This document shows positions 9,403 to 19,590 of a stretch of 64,000 nt of DNA, one piece after another. The translations under genes and the position numbers were made by a program. Origin of the DNA: Candidatus Delongbacteria bacterium (GTDB lineage: Bacteria > CAIWAD01); contig OY760505.1 of the NCBI GenBank assembly GCA_963663545.1, positions 512,001 through 576,000 on the forward strand, in the 5' to 3' direction. The first letter of the stretch is position 1. Every line of letters starts with the position of its first letter. The notes beneath the pieces were generated by a model that did no database searches, was not told where the DNA came from, and worked only from the letters and a program-made list of their open reading frames with translations.

Positions 9403-10024
9403 GAAGGTCTCCAGCTTGCAGGGGAAGATGCGCTATCCGACACGTCGTCGCCTATAGGAGTACTTGAATGTTCTGTCCAACGAATCGCCAATCAAATGAT
9501 TGCAATATCAGCATTTACGATAGATCCGGGCAAAGAGGTTGGACAGAACTTCTGAGTACTCCTATATGCAGAATCTCTCTGGGCGACTCGTCTTCTAGTT
9601 GTCAACCCTTCTTCGTTTCACCTAAGTTTGAAGGCAAAAAAAGAGCACAAACCGCAAGAATACAAGCGCGCGCCTTGCCTGAAAACGGACCCTCACATCC
9701 ACTGAGACCTTGCTGATCCTGCTCTGACAGTGAGTGTGGCACAACTGTTACTTCCTTGGCTGGTATGGCATGAGGCATGAGAAACTTCCGTTAGAACTGC
9801 TTTTGTTTGCCTTGGCGCACATTCTACTTCTTTCCTCTGCTTCTGTCAAGACCTTAACAGCCACTCCTACTCGTAGGCGATCCTTCCTTCGATGAAGACG
9901 TGCCGCAGCCACTTACCGCACATCCTGCACCTGCTAGCGAAATGCCATCGTCTTGTGTTACGAGCCCTGTGAGCTGGCGAGTGAAGTCCTCTCTTCATCC
10001 AGTCAACACGCGGGTGAGTGGGAA

Positions 10025-10095
10025 ATCGATAGCGATCCAACCCAAAGGGTTGACACCGATACCGATCCAACCCAAAGGGTTGGCAGCGATGCCGA
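10025..10095 (+). repeat. (ACCGAT)n-hairpin interspersed element, copy 1
   Basis: Two CCAACCC-AAA-GGGTTG hairpins separated by CACCGATACCGAT. Confidence 0.8.
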
Positions 10096-10126
10096 AGCTA
10101 TGTAGGACAGATACATTACTCCCACC

Positions 10127-11143
10127 ATGAGTAAGCAAGAAATCATTCGGGTACTGTTACTGGCGGACACGCATCTGGGATTCGATCTGCCCCGCCATCC
10201 GCGCAGCAATCGTCGTCTGCGCGGGCCGGATTTTTTCGACTGCACTCGTGCGGCACTGTCGCCTGCACTGCGGGGTGATGCGGATCTTGTGATACACGGC
10301 GGCGATTTACTCTATCGTTCCAAAGTTCGAGCAGGGCTGGTGCAGGCCGCACTTGAGCCGCTGCTGGAAGTCGCCGATACCGGCGTGCCTGTGCTGCTTG
10401 TGCCGGGCAATCACGAGCGCGGCGCCATTCCCTTTCCGCTGTTGACGGGCCATCCACATCTGCACATCCTGCATCACACGCGGACACAGGTGCTCAAGGT
10501 GGACAAGTACACGATTGCCTTGGGCGGTTGGCCTTATCACCGCGAGGCGGGGCTGCGTTTTCGCAAGCTGCTGGCTGAAAGCACGCTTTGTGATACACAG
10601 GCCGATCTGCGCCTGCTCTGCGTGCATCAGGCCTTTGCGGGCGCGCGCGTGGAGGGATTTCGCTTTCGCGCCGATGCGCAGACCATCGATGCACGACAGC
10701 TTCCAACCGGAATCGCCGCCGTTCTCAGTGGGCACATCCACCGCTGGCAAGTGCTGGAAGAAGCCCCGGACGGCAGTCGGTTGGCGGCTCCGCTGATCTA
10801 TCCCGGATCGGTGGAACGCTGCTCCCACGCCGAAGAGGAGGAAGAAAAACTGGCGCTGCTGCTGCACTTTCTTCCCGACGCGCAAGGAGGGAGGCTGCAG
10901 CAAATCACGCCGGTTCCGCTACCCGCCAGGCCGATGCTGAGTATCACGCTTCCAACGGATTTCGATCGTGACACACTGATCAAACTGCTGGCTCCGCTGC
11001 CCGAAAACAGTGTGCTGCGCCTGCGTGTCACAGCATCACCTGCTGCAGAGCAACTCAAGCTGCTCTCCTCCAGCTACCTGCGTGAACTGGCTCCCTACAT
11101 GAACATCAGCCTGAGCGGACTGGCAAAAACGAAAACGGGGTGA
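10127..11143 (+). CDS. SbcD/Mre11-like metallophosphoesterase (DNA repair exonuclease subunit)
   Basis: ADTHLG, GGDL, PGNHE, GHIH and YPGS motifs. Confidence 0.85.
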   Translation: MSKQEIIRVLLLADTHLGFDLPRHPRSNRRLRGPDFFDCTRAALSPALRGDADLVIHGGDLLYRSKVRAGLVQAALEPLLEVADTGVPVLLVPGNHERGAIPFPLLTGHPHLHILHHTRTQVLKVDKYTIALGGWPYHREAGLRFRKLLAESTLCDTQADLRLLCVHQAFAGARVEGFRFRADAQTIDARQLPTGIAAVLSGHIHRWQVLEEAPDGSRLAAPLIYPGSVERCSHAEEEEEKLALLLHFLPDAQGGRLQQITPVPLPARPMLSITLPTDFDRDTLIKLLAPLPENSVLRLRVTASPAAEQLKLLSSSYLRELAPYMNISLSGLAKTKTG

Positions 11144-11192
11144 ACACACAAGGCATCACCCCACATCTTTGTGTCACAACTCGAGCACCGCG

Positions 11193-12488
11193 CTAGGGAT
11201 GATTTCCATAGGCAACGCGGAAACCAAGATCCCAGGCAGATTCCAGAGGATCGTCACTCTTGCGGTAGGCGCTGCAGACCTGAACCTCGTAGCTGCTCCA
11301 GCCACCACCGCGTATCACGCGCTCATCGCCCGTATCCGGTCCTAGCGGATTTGTGTCCGTACCGCCCTCGTAATCGTCAGCCCAGTCCTGCACCCATTCG
11401 CCGACATTGCCAGCCATGTCCAGGAATCCCAATTCGCTGGCTCCACTGCTGTAGATGCCAACGGGCTGACTCCAGCCGACGCAGATATCGGCTCCGTCGC
11501 GGAAATTCGTGTAAGAGCAACTCGCGTCCTCATCGCCCCAGGGAAAAAGACGCCCATCGGGTTGACGCGCCGCAAACTCCCACTCCGCCTCCGTCGGCAA
11601 ACGCCAGCCGGTGTAGTCGTAGGGATTTTGCTCGTATTCCTCGTTCCAGTTGCTGCCGTATAGCGGCTGGCGGCCGTCCATCACGCTAAGCCAGTCGCAG
11701 TAGGCGGCCGCCCCGTACCAACTTAAGCCCTTGACCGGATGTCGCCAGACGTTGTAGCCCTCGGGGAAAGCGTAGTCGACGGTGCTGTATTCGGAAGCAC
11801 GCAGCAAGAAGAGATCGTGCTCTTCACTGTACCAGATTTCACTGGCATCGTCGCCGGTGTCCAACAAGTAGACGCCGCGTCCGCGCAGGGAGCCATTGTT
11901 GGGATTGATCGAAAGTGCCCAGGTGGAATCGTCGCGCAGGTTCTGCCAGGCCCAGTTGAGGGCGCAGAGGTATTCGCCGTTGCTGACTTCTGTTCTGCCA
12001 AGGGCGTAGGCGGCATTCAAGTCGACCCAGTGGCTCGCCTGTTCCAGGCTGCTTAACCCCATCTGGAAACCACCGGCGCTCACGCTTACAAGTTCTGGCT
12101 GCAACTGGAAGCTGGACGGCAGTACCGTCAATTCCAGCCAATCGCTGTCCTCATCCTCGTGGCAGTCGCGCACCTCAAGCGTGATACGCACCAGCTGGGC
12201 TTCCTCCCAACTGACCTGCTGCAGACTGTCGCTGCCCCAGGCGGTATCGAAGTCGCCATCGCCATCCAGATCCCAGCGTACTTCGAGGCTGTCCTCCGGG
12301 CTGGTGCCGTCCCACGTGGCCGCCGCATTCAATACGATGGTCTCGCCTGTTTCGGCCCACACACGCGAGAGGCTGAACTGCGCCTCGATGGGACTCGTGC
12401 TGCTGTCGTCATCGCTGCAAGCATTCAGTGCCAGCAAAAAGAGACAGCCGGTCAGAAGCCGGCTGCCACGTAGTAATTGTCTGCTCAT
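11193..12488 (-). CDS. Lipoprotein with PKD-like domain and FGE-sulfatase (C-type-lectin-fold) domain
   Basis: LNA-C lipobox, WDLDGDG, RLPTEAEWEFAAR, DMAGNVGEW, RVIRGGGW, GFRV. Confidence 0.85.
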   Translation of the reverse strand: MSRQLLRGSRLLTGCLFLLALNACSDDDSSTSPIEAQFSLSRVWAETGETIVLNAAATWDGTSPEDSLEVRWDLDGDGDFDTAWGSDSLQQVSWEEAQLVRITLEVRDCHEDEDSDWLELTVLPSSFQLQPELVSVSAGGFQMGLSSLEQASHWVDLNAAYALGRTEVSNGEYLCALNWAWQNLRDDSTWALSINPNNGSLRGRGVYLLDTGDDASEIWYSEEHDLFLLRASEYSTVDYAFPEGYNVWRHPVKGLSWYGAAAYCDWLSVMDGRQPLYGSNWNEEYEQNPYDYTGWRLPTEAEWEFAARQPDGRLFPWGDEDASCSYTNFRDGADICVGWSQPVGIYSSGASELGFLDMAGNVGEWVQDWADDYEGGTDTNPLGPDTGDERVIRGGGWSSYEVQVCSAYRKSDDPLESAWDLGFRVAYGNHP

Positions 12489-12509
12489 CATCCATCCTTC
12501 CATCAGCGC

Positions 12510-12935
12510 TCAGCCCTTGGGAATCAGCAGATCCTGCTGGGAAAAGAAGAAGTCAACTTCGATCTGGCCGTTCTCCACGCTGTCGCTGCCGTGCACGGCG
12601 TTGCGCGTCATGCTTTCAGCAAATAGACGGCGGATGGTGCCTTCGGCGGCCTCTTCGGGATTGGTCGCGCCAATCAGGCGTCGCGCTCGGGCCACGGCGT
12701 TCTCGCCCTGCAAAGCCACCACAACGACGGGGCCGGAGGTCATGTACTCGACGAGGCGACTGAAGAACTCCTTGCCCTTGTGCACGGCGTAGAACTGCTC
12801 CGCCATGTTGCCGCACATGCGGGTCAGGCGCAGGCCCACGCACTCCAGGCCGCGATCATCGACCATGCTCAGAATCTTGCCGATGATGCCGCGTTCGACG
12901 GCGTCGGGCTTGATCATCAGTAGCGTTTGCTCCAT
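12510..12935 (-). CDS. ndk: Nucleoside diphosphate kinase
   Basis: MIKPDAV, YMTSGPV, GTIR, NAVHGSDS; RBS GGAGG before ATG 12935. Confidence 0.97.
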   Translation of the reverse strand: MEQTLLMIKPDAVERGIIGKILSMVDDRGLECVGLRLTRMCGNMAEQFYAVHKGKEFFSRLVEYMTSGPVVVVALQGENAVARARRLIGATNPEEAAEGTIRRLFAESMTRNAVHGSDSVENGQIEVDFFFSQQDLLIPKG

Positions 12936-12975
12936 GCTTCCTCCAAGGGATGTGCCCGGAGCACGAGCTACGCAC

Positions 12976-13917
12976 TCAGGCAATGATGGATGTGCCGCCC
13001 TGCCCCTGCAGCGCGGCGGCGAGACCGTCGAAGTCGGTGATTACGCAACGCCTACCACCGTTTTCGACAAAGCGGATGGCCGCCTTGATCTTGGGCCCCA
13101 TGCTGCCTGCAGGAAATTGGTCTTCGGCCAGGTACCGGCGCGCTTCGCTGATGCTGAGCTGATCCAGGTCAACCTGCTTGGGACTGCCCCAATCCAGCGA
13201 AACTTTGGAAACGCCCGTCAGGATGAATAGTTCCTCAGCGTCCAGTCCATTCGCCAGAAGTGCGCTGCAGCCGTCCTTGTCGATGACAGCGTCCACGCCT
13301 TCCAGATGGCCCTTTTCGTCACGGTAGCAGGGAATGCCGCCACCGCCGCCAGCGATGACCACCACTCCGCTCTCGACCAGCTGGCGTATCACGCCCAGGT
13401 TGACGATTTCAAGCGGATTGGGACTGCCCACAACGCGACGCCAGCCGCGACCTCGATCCTCGCGCAGCACCCAACCCAGCTCCTGCCGATAGCGCATGGC
13501 CTCTTCGACCGAATAGAACTGACCGACAAACTTGGTCGGCTCCAGCAGAGCGGGATCGTCCTTGTCCACCAGCACCTGCGTCAACACAGTGGCCACCTGG
13601 CGGTCGTAGTTGTGATCGTGCAGGTAATTCTGCAGGCTCTGCTCGATCATGTATCCCATCGAACCCTGGGTATCTGCCACCAGAACGCCCAGCGGCAACT
13701 CGGGCACGGCAGAGAGCGAAAGCTCTACGCGCCTGAGCATGTTGCCGACCTGAGGGCCGTTTCCGTGGGTGATAACCAGGCGCACTCCTTCGTCCAGCAA
13801 AGGACGCAGGTAGCGCAGGCTACGGCGGGTATTGGCGAATTCGTCGTAAATCGTATCGCCACTGCCGCTGGAAATGGCGTTTCCGCCCAGGGCGATGACA
13901 ATGCTTCGCGTGCTCAT
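12976..13917 (-). CDS. arcC: Carbamate kinase
   Basis: ALGGNA, THGNGPQVG, GGGGIP, VIDKD, GSMGPK. Confidence 0.96.
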   Translation of the reverse strand: MSTRSIVIALGGNAISSGSGDTIYDEFANTRRSLRYLRPLLDEGVRLVITHGNGPQVGNMLRRVELSLSAVPELPLGVLVADTQGSMGYMIEQSLQNYLHDHNYDRQVATVLTQVLVDKDDPALLEPTKFVGQFYSVEEAMRYRQELGWVLREDRGRGWRRVVGSPNPLEIVNLGVIRQLVESGVVVIAGGGGGIPCYRDEKGHLEGVDAVIDKDGCSALLANGLDAEELFILTGVSKVSLDWGSPKQVDLDQLSISEARRYLAEDQFPAGSMGPKIKAAIRFVENGGRRCVITDFDGLAAALQGQGGTSIIA

Positions 13918-13994
13918 CTCACCTCACATTCTGAAAAAGGCAGAATATAAGGTATGCGCGCCTGAGGACGATGCAGATTTCGTGCAGAAGAGAA

Positions 13995-14360
13995 TTAGGC
14001 CTTGCCCCGCTTCTGCAGGACTTCCAGAATGGTATTCTTCAAGGCTTTCATGTCCATGGATTTCACCAGATAGGCATCGGCGAGCCAACTTGAGAAATCC
14101 TCTTTATGGTGCGGATAGGCGCTGTTGATGATTACCGCTACCTCGTTGTCCTCGCTGACAATGCGGCTCATCGCCTCAAGACCGTCCATGCCCGGCATGC
14201 GAATATCCATGACAATCAAGTCCGGTTTGAAGCTGCGGGAAAGCTCAATGGCCATGTCGCCCGAATCCGCAAAGGCCAGCTCGTGACCGCTGTCCGCAAA
14301 CTCATCCTCGTACAGCAATCGGATGGCATGCTCATCATCTACGAACAGGATCTTCGCCAT
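13995..14360 (-). CDS. Single-domain response regulator
   Basis: ILFVDDE, DLIVMDIRMPGMDG; RBS GGAGG; start 14360. Confidence 0.92.
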   Translation of the reverse strand: MAKILFVDDEHAIRLLYEDEFADSGHELAFADSGDMAIELSRSFKPDLIVMDIRMPGMDGLEAMSRIVSEDNEVAVIINSAYPHHKEDFSSWLADAYLVKSMDMKALKNTILEVLQKRGKA

Positions 14361-16179
14361 GATACCTCCAGGGAAGTTGGATTTCGAGAACGGCGCCACG
14401 TCCGGCTGAATTCGAAGTACCCAGTCGAACCGTACCACCGTGCTGGCCGGCAATTTCCCGGGCCAGCGGCAGCCCCAGTCCCAGAGCTGAATTGCGTGTC
14501 GTATAAAAGGGCTCAAAAACCTGCTCGCCGATGGTGGGCGGAATACCCGGACCATCGTCACTGAATTGCAGGGTCAGTGCCTCGTCGTTGACCGTCAACA
14601 GCATATCCAAGCGTGTACAAGCGCCGGGTTGCTCGAAGTTCAGATCCAGCACGTTCTGCAGCAAACAACGGAACAGCTGGCTCAAGCGCACAGGATCACC
14701 CCATAGGATCAACTCACGCGCCGGTGAGGTGAGTTCGGTGCGGATGCCCGCTGCTTGAAAATCCTCTTCCATGCGTTCGAGCGTCTGCTTGAGCAGCGCC
14801 AGCACGTCCAACTCGGCTTTGCGCAGTACCTGGGGATCGGCGTAATCCAAGAGCGCGTCCAGAATACGTTCGACGCGCATGCTTTCGCGATAGATGATGT
14901 CAGCGCGCTCGGCCCAGGCGGGACTGCTGTCCTTCAGCTCCTTGGTCAGCCGCCTCGAGAAGCCGCCAATGGCCACCACAGGCGTTTTCAGCTCGTGGGC
15001 CAGGTTGCTGGTCATGCGGCCAACGGCGGCCATCTTCTCGGCGCGAATCAGATTGGCACGACTTTGCGCCAGCGCTTCGTTCAGGGCCTCGAGCTGCTCG
15101 ATCTTGCGCCGCAGTTGCGAGTTCAGGCGATACCGTTCCAGCGCAAAACCCAGGTGGTAGGCGCAAGTGGAAACGCTCTCCAGATGGTCACGGCTGGGCT
15201 GGCGATTGGTGATGAGATTGTCCACCAAGATGAAGCCGATCCAGCGGCGACCGATGTCTGGAGCGGGACGGCGCACCGGCGCCAGCCAAGCTTCTTGGCT
15301 ACCTGTCATCCCTAACAGACAGACGGCACCGGCCTCGGGATGGGGACCCCGCTCGATGCGTGCTACACCTTCGCCATTTAGCGCTTCTCGCAAGTAGGCG
15401 GGCATTACCGAGGTGTGAAAACGAATACCACCGACCATCTGCTGAATGCGCGAAGTCAGCACTTCAGGCTCGTGACGGTGCAGAAGCTCGGCCAGGCTGA
15501 GTTGGCCCAGGTCGCGGCGTTGCCAGATCTGGTTGGCTTCGTCGCCGTCGATGGGGCCCAGCGCCATGCGACCAATGATTTCCTCTTCGACGCGCTCGAA
15601 ATAGAAGGCGCGGTTGAACTGCAATCCCTTGCCGAAAGTCAGGCTGGACAGCAGCACGTAAAGCATTTGCTGGCGGTCCACCGTCTGCTGCAGCCCTGCC
15701 AGCAGCTGATTGATAATGTCCAGCTGGTGCACGCGGCGAGTGAGCTCGTCACGCATGTGTCCCAAGTCGGACTCCAGCGCACTGATCCGCCGCTGCATCA
15801 CAAGCACGCGTGTATCACCGGGACGATCGGCGTCCATGGCGATGGCCTGCAACTCGAGCTGCACGTCGTTGCCGGCATCCAGCGTCAGACGCACCGGGCG
15901 CGCGTCGAGGAAGGCACTGGCCAGCGGGCAATCGTTCAGCATGCGCGGGCAAGCGACACATTGGCCGGATTCAATCTGCGACAAACAGGGGGAAAGGGGG
16001 ATCACGCTGTCCGGCTTGCTCTGCCAGATCAGCTCACGTCCGGGGTTGAACAGGAAGAGGTCGTAGGGCAGAAGTCGCGCCATGCTGACGAGATCCTCGG
16101 CGGACAGTTGCGCGGAACCTTGTACAAGATCTTGCATCGGGGCAGGTTTCCTGCTGGTTGATTCTAGAGCCAATATCAC
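14335..16179 (-). CDS. Sensor histidine kinase (GAF-like + HisKA + HATPase)
   Basis: LAHELKTP H-box, DDGPG, FEPFYTT, GLGL. Confidence 0.9.
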   Translation of the reverse strand: MILALESTSRKPAPMQDLVQGSAQLSAEDLVSMARLLPYDLFLFNPGRELIWQSKPDSVIPLSPCLSQIESGQCVACPRMLNDCPLASAFLDARPVRLTLDAGNDVQLELQAIAMDADRPGDTRVLVMQRRISALESDLGHMRDELTRRVHQLDIINQLLAGLQQTVDRQQMLYVLLSSLTFGKGLQFNRAFYFERVEEEIIGRMALGPIDGDEANQIWQRRDLGQLSLAELLHRHEPEVLTSRIQQMVGGIRFHTSVMPAYLREALNGEGVARIERGPHPEAGAVCLLGMTGSQEAWLAPVRRPAPDIGRRWIGFILVDNLITNRQPSRDHLESVSTCAYHLGFALERYRLNSQLRRKIEQLEALNEALAQSRANLIRAEKMAAVGRMTSNLAHELKTPVVAIGGFSRRLTKELKDSSPAWAERADIIYRESMRVERILDALLDYADPQVLRKAELDVLALLKQTLERMEEDFQAAGIRTELTSPARELILWGDPVRLSQLFRCLLQNVLDLNFEQPGACTRLDMLLTVNDEALTLQFSDDGPGIPPTIGEQVFEPFYTTRNSALGLGLPLAREIAGQHGGTVRLGTSNSAGRGAVLEIQLPWRYHGEDPVRR

Positions 16180-16194
16180 AGTTTTCAGGTCAAG

Positions 16195-18906
16195 TTACAG
16201 CAGCGTGGATCCCTCTTGCGCTTGCTCAGACGGGTTCTGCGCATGAGTAGCCGTCAAGGCTCGTGCATCTTGCAGCAATCGCGCAACGGCGCTCAGCAGA
16301 CTGGAAACGGGAAAGGGTTTCTGCAGAAAGCCGCAATTGGCCTGCTGGTGCAACGGATGATCCATCGAACCCGGGTTGAATCCGCTCATGAAGAGCACAC
16401 GGCTCTTGGGACAGTAGTCCAGAAAACTTTGCGCCAATGCATGGCCACTCATGCCGGGCATGACCACATCCGTCAAGAGCAGCTCAAAGTTTGTATCACG
16501 GCTCAGCAACTCCAGAGCGTCGTCACCACTAATGGCACTCTCAACCAGGTAGCCCGCACTCTGCAGCGCCATTACCGTTAGCTTGCGCACTGTGCGTTCG
16601 TCCTCAACGACGAGCAGCCGCTCTCCCGTTCCGTGTGTTACAGCCTCGTCACTTGCGTTCTTGCGTTTGCTGATCTGTCCCTCACTTAGTGGCAGATAGA
16701 TGCTGAAGATCGATCCTCGCCCCTCGGTGCTGTCCACATGCACGAAGCCGTTGTGCTGACGTACAATTCCATAGACCATCGCCAGGCCGAGGCCTGTGCC
16801 ACGACCGATCTCCTTCGTGGTAAAGAAGGGTTCGAAGATCTGTCTCAGCACTTTCTCACTCATGCCGCACCCGGTATCACTGACCCGTAGAAAGACATGA
16901 TCCCCCGGAATCGCCCAGGGATGCTGCTCGCAGAATGAGGGCGAAAAGCTCTCGCGACCCACATTGATTTCAAGATGACCACCGGCGGGCATGGCATCGC
17001 GCGCATTCAGACACAGATTCACCAGAACCTGCTCCAACTGTCCCCGGTCGGCGTGTATCACAAGCTGTTGCTCGATTTGTTTGAACTGCAGCATCACGTC
17101 TTCGCCTAGCACACGCTGGATCATGCGTAAGGCATCCCGCACCACATCACGTAGATCAAGGTGCTCAGTGTTCAGCGTCTGCCTGCGACCAAAAGCCAAT
17201 AGCTGACGGGTCAGAGCGGCTGCGCGCTCAACACTGCGCAGCAGTTCTGTCATGTAGCCGTGTTCCAAACTATGCGGCTGAAGGCTGTCACGGACGAGCA
17301 CCCCATAGCCCTGAATGGCTTGCAGAATGTTGTTGAAATCGTGTGCTACACCGCCCGCGAGCTGACCGATGGCTTCCATCTTCTGTGCCTGTCTGAGCTG
17401 GCTTTCAAGCCGCGCCAGCTCTTGCTCGCTGCGCAAACGCTCGCTGATGTCACGCCCAATACAAAGAATGCGACTCGGTCGTCCTTCGTTGTCATGTAAC
17501 ACGCGACAAACAGATTCCACCTGGATCCACTGGCCGTCGCGATGCTTCAGCGCGGTTACCCCTTGCATCACTTCTGCAGTGCCTGTATCACGAGAATCAA
17601 GCAGACAGTTCATCCAATGGCGTGCAGAAGCATCGGCGCGGTCCTTCCAGCGGCTTCCGACCCACTCCTGAGGCTGATACCCAAGCATGCCTTCAATTGC
17701 AGGATTGACATAAGTGAACACACCACTCTCATCCATCAGCCAAATGAGGTCCAGACTGTTCTCTGCCAGCGTCTGATAACGCTCGCTGCTGCGCCGGGCA
17801 TCCATCAGCGCTTCTTCCAGTGCAGCAGTCATCTCGTTGAATGCCTGTGCTACATCGTGCCAGTCTGCGCCCATTTCCTGCTGGGCAATGCGTCGCCCCA
17901 GCCTGCCTTGTTTCACATCTTGTAGCGCATCTGTGAGACGCCGTCGCATACTCTCGTCCAACACACTGCGTGGGATCGTGGTGAATAGCGTCCACTGCAT
18001 GGCGGGAATTCGCATTGCACTCGCCAGGAGCTCACGGCCCCGTCCGTCGCTCAGCTCCAGACAAATGCTCGAACTCAGTGCAGGATCCGCCAAGTCAATG
18101 TGTTCAAAACCTCCTCCCAGCATGGACATGTGTTCGCGGATCACACTCCCTTCGACCGGGTCGATTCGTTCGCGCACTCGCTCGTGCATCAACAGCAATC
18201 CATCTGCATCGACAACAAAGCTCTCTTGTCCCGGCAGGACGTGACCGCGCAGAATCTCCTCCTCGATCCCCTGTAACGGGAGATCCATGCTCCAGCAGCC
18301 GATAAAAGTATCACCGTGATACAAAGGAATTGAGGCTGAGATAATCAGGCCTTCGCCCGCATAGTCGATGGTGGGCGCTGTCCAGCGGATCTCCCTCTCA
18401 ACGTTGACCTCTGGCGCCACACTTCGCATGGTGTGATACGAAAGCCAGTCGAAGTCTGCGGGGATCGCTTCGCTTACATCAATGAAGGGGTACTGCAGTG
18501 AGGCGTTGGCTGCATCTTGATAATAGACCCAGGCTGTTCCTGGTAGCCGTTGCGATAACTGCTTCAAGTAAGGACCGATTCTGCGCAAGGCAAACAGCCG
18601 ACGGCGCAGATCTTCCGTATCACACAAACGGCAATTCCAGGATACGCTATAGGCCTCAGGAAGTTGCTCGCCGGATCGCACTCGCGCCAGTGTTTGCTGG
18701 TCACGAAAGAAGCCGCTTTCATCCTCGGCATAGTGTTCCTCTGCCAGCCATTCAGCCAGTTCTTTGCTGCCAGCAGATTCGCACTCAAAAAGGACCAGCG
18801 TAACACGGCGTAACTCATGCAGAGCATCCAGAATCCGCTGAATGCGGCTTTCGATACTGAGTGCGGTGAGCTGAAGACGATGAGTGAGCAGCTCCTGTTC
18901 CTTCAT
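16195..18906 (-). CDS. Hybrid histidine kinase (Cache/HAMP/PAS/HisKA/HATPase/REC)
   Basis: AHDFNNIL, NARDAM, DTGCGM, GTGLGL, C-terminal LLTDVVMPG. Confidence 0.92.
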   Translation of the reverse strand: MKEQELLTHRLQLTALSIESRIQRILDALHELRRVTLVLFECESAGSKELAEWLAEEHYAEDESGFFRDQQTLARVRSGEQLPEAYSVSWNCRLCDTEDLRRRLFALRRIGPYLKQLSQRLPGTAWVYYQDAANASLQYPFIDVSEAIPADFDWLSYHTMRSVAPEVNVEREIRWTAPTIDYAGEGLIISASIPLYHGDTFIGCWSMDLPLQGIEEEILRGHVLPGQESFVVDADGLLLMHERVRERIDPVEGSVIREHMSMLGGGFEHIDLADPALSSSICLELSDGRGRELLASAMRIPAMQWTLFTTIPRSVLDESMRRRLTDALQDVKQGRLGRRIAQQEMGADWHDVAQAFNEMTAALEEALMDARRSSERYQTLAENSLDLIWLMDESGVFTYVNPAIEGMLGYQPQEWVGSRWKDRADASARHWMNCLLDSRDTGTAEVMQGVTALKHRDGQWIQVESVCRVLHDNEGRPSRILCIGRDISERLRSEQELARLESQLRQAQKMEAIGQLAGGVAHDFNNILQAIQGYGVLVRDSLQPHSLEHGYMTELLRSVERAAALTRQLLAFGRRQTLNTEHLDLRDVVRDALRMIQRVLGEDVMLQFKQIEQQLVIHADRGQLEQVLVNLCLNARDAMPAGGHLEINVGRESFSPSFCEQHPWAIPGDHVFLRVSDTGCGMSEKVLRQIFEPFFTTKEIGRGTGLGLAMVYGIVRQHNGFVHVDSTEGRGSIFSIYLPLSEGQISKRKNASDEAVTHGTGERLLVVEDERTVRKLTVMALQSAGYLVESAISGDDALELLSRDTNFELLLTDVVMPGMSGHALAQSFLDYCPKSRVLFMSGFNPGSMDHPLHQQANCGFLQKPFPVSSLLSAVARLLQDARALTATHAQNPSEQAQEGSTLL

Positions 18907-19044
18907 CGCAGACCTCCGGATCCTCGAAGGAGAATATGCCTTCGGGTTGTGTCACATGGGCCACATGGAGATCAGTGCAGGAGGCGGTGGCTGGCTGAAA
19001 TATAACAGCGCATTTTCTGATCACCGCACGTGCATTTCGCGAAG

Positions 19045-19590
19045 TCAGGGCTTTCTTAGCAGGCGCAAGATCCCTTTTATCGGACAAAACCGCGCCGTTC
19101 TGCGGCAGTAGTCATCGTAGGCTGCGTCGCCAAAAAGCCTACGGCAGTGGGCTTCCTCACCACGTGCCTGCAGATAGTAAAAGAGTGTTGCAAGCACAGC
19201 CGGTGGCAACAGCCACCATTGTCCGGACAAAGTGCCGAAACCTAAGGTCAGCAGGCTGTAGCCCAGGTATTGCGGATGCCGCACCAGGCCGAAGAGCCCG
19301 CGTTGTACGAGTAGCGTTGTCGCGTGATACGGCGCACCGGCAGGTGGGTTACCGTACTTGCGCAACTGGACAAAAGGCAGGAACATTAGCGGTGCGCCAC
19401 AGGCCAGCAGTGTAACACCGGCAACCTTCCAAGCCGGTTGGGCGTGCTCGGCGCGCAGCAAGCGGCTGGCAAAGAACACAGCCACCGTCGTGCCGATAGC
19501 AAGCCAGGCCGACAGGTTCGGGCGGGCCGAAAGCGGTGAATCGATTTGCGGCTGTTCCGTATCTGATTGTTGTGTCACGGTATCACGCAT
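19045..19590 (-). CDS. ICMT/PEMT-family membrane methyltransferase
   Basis: GLFGLVRHPQY, EE...FGDAAYDDY...RF. Confidence 0.8.
   Translation of the reverse strand: MRDTVTQQSDTEQPQIDSPLSARPNLSAWLAIGTTVAVFFASRLLRAEHAQPAWKVAGVTLLACGAPLMFLPFVQLRKYGNPPAGAPYHATTLLVQRGLFGLVRHPQYLGYSLLTLGFGTLSGQWWLLPPAVLATLFYYLQARGEEAHCRRLFGDAAYDDYCRRTARFCPIKGILRLLRKP

Noticed and set aside
9403..10120. Cobalamin riboswitch or small ORFs upstream of the TBDR
   Set aside because: No B12-box or GGGAA/GCCACTG core recognisable; the short ORFs have no convincing features
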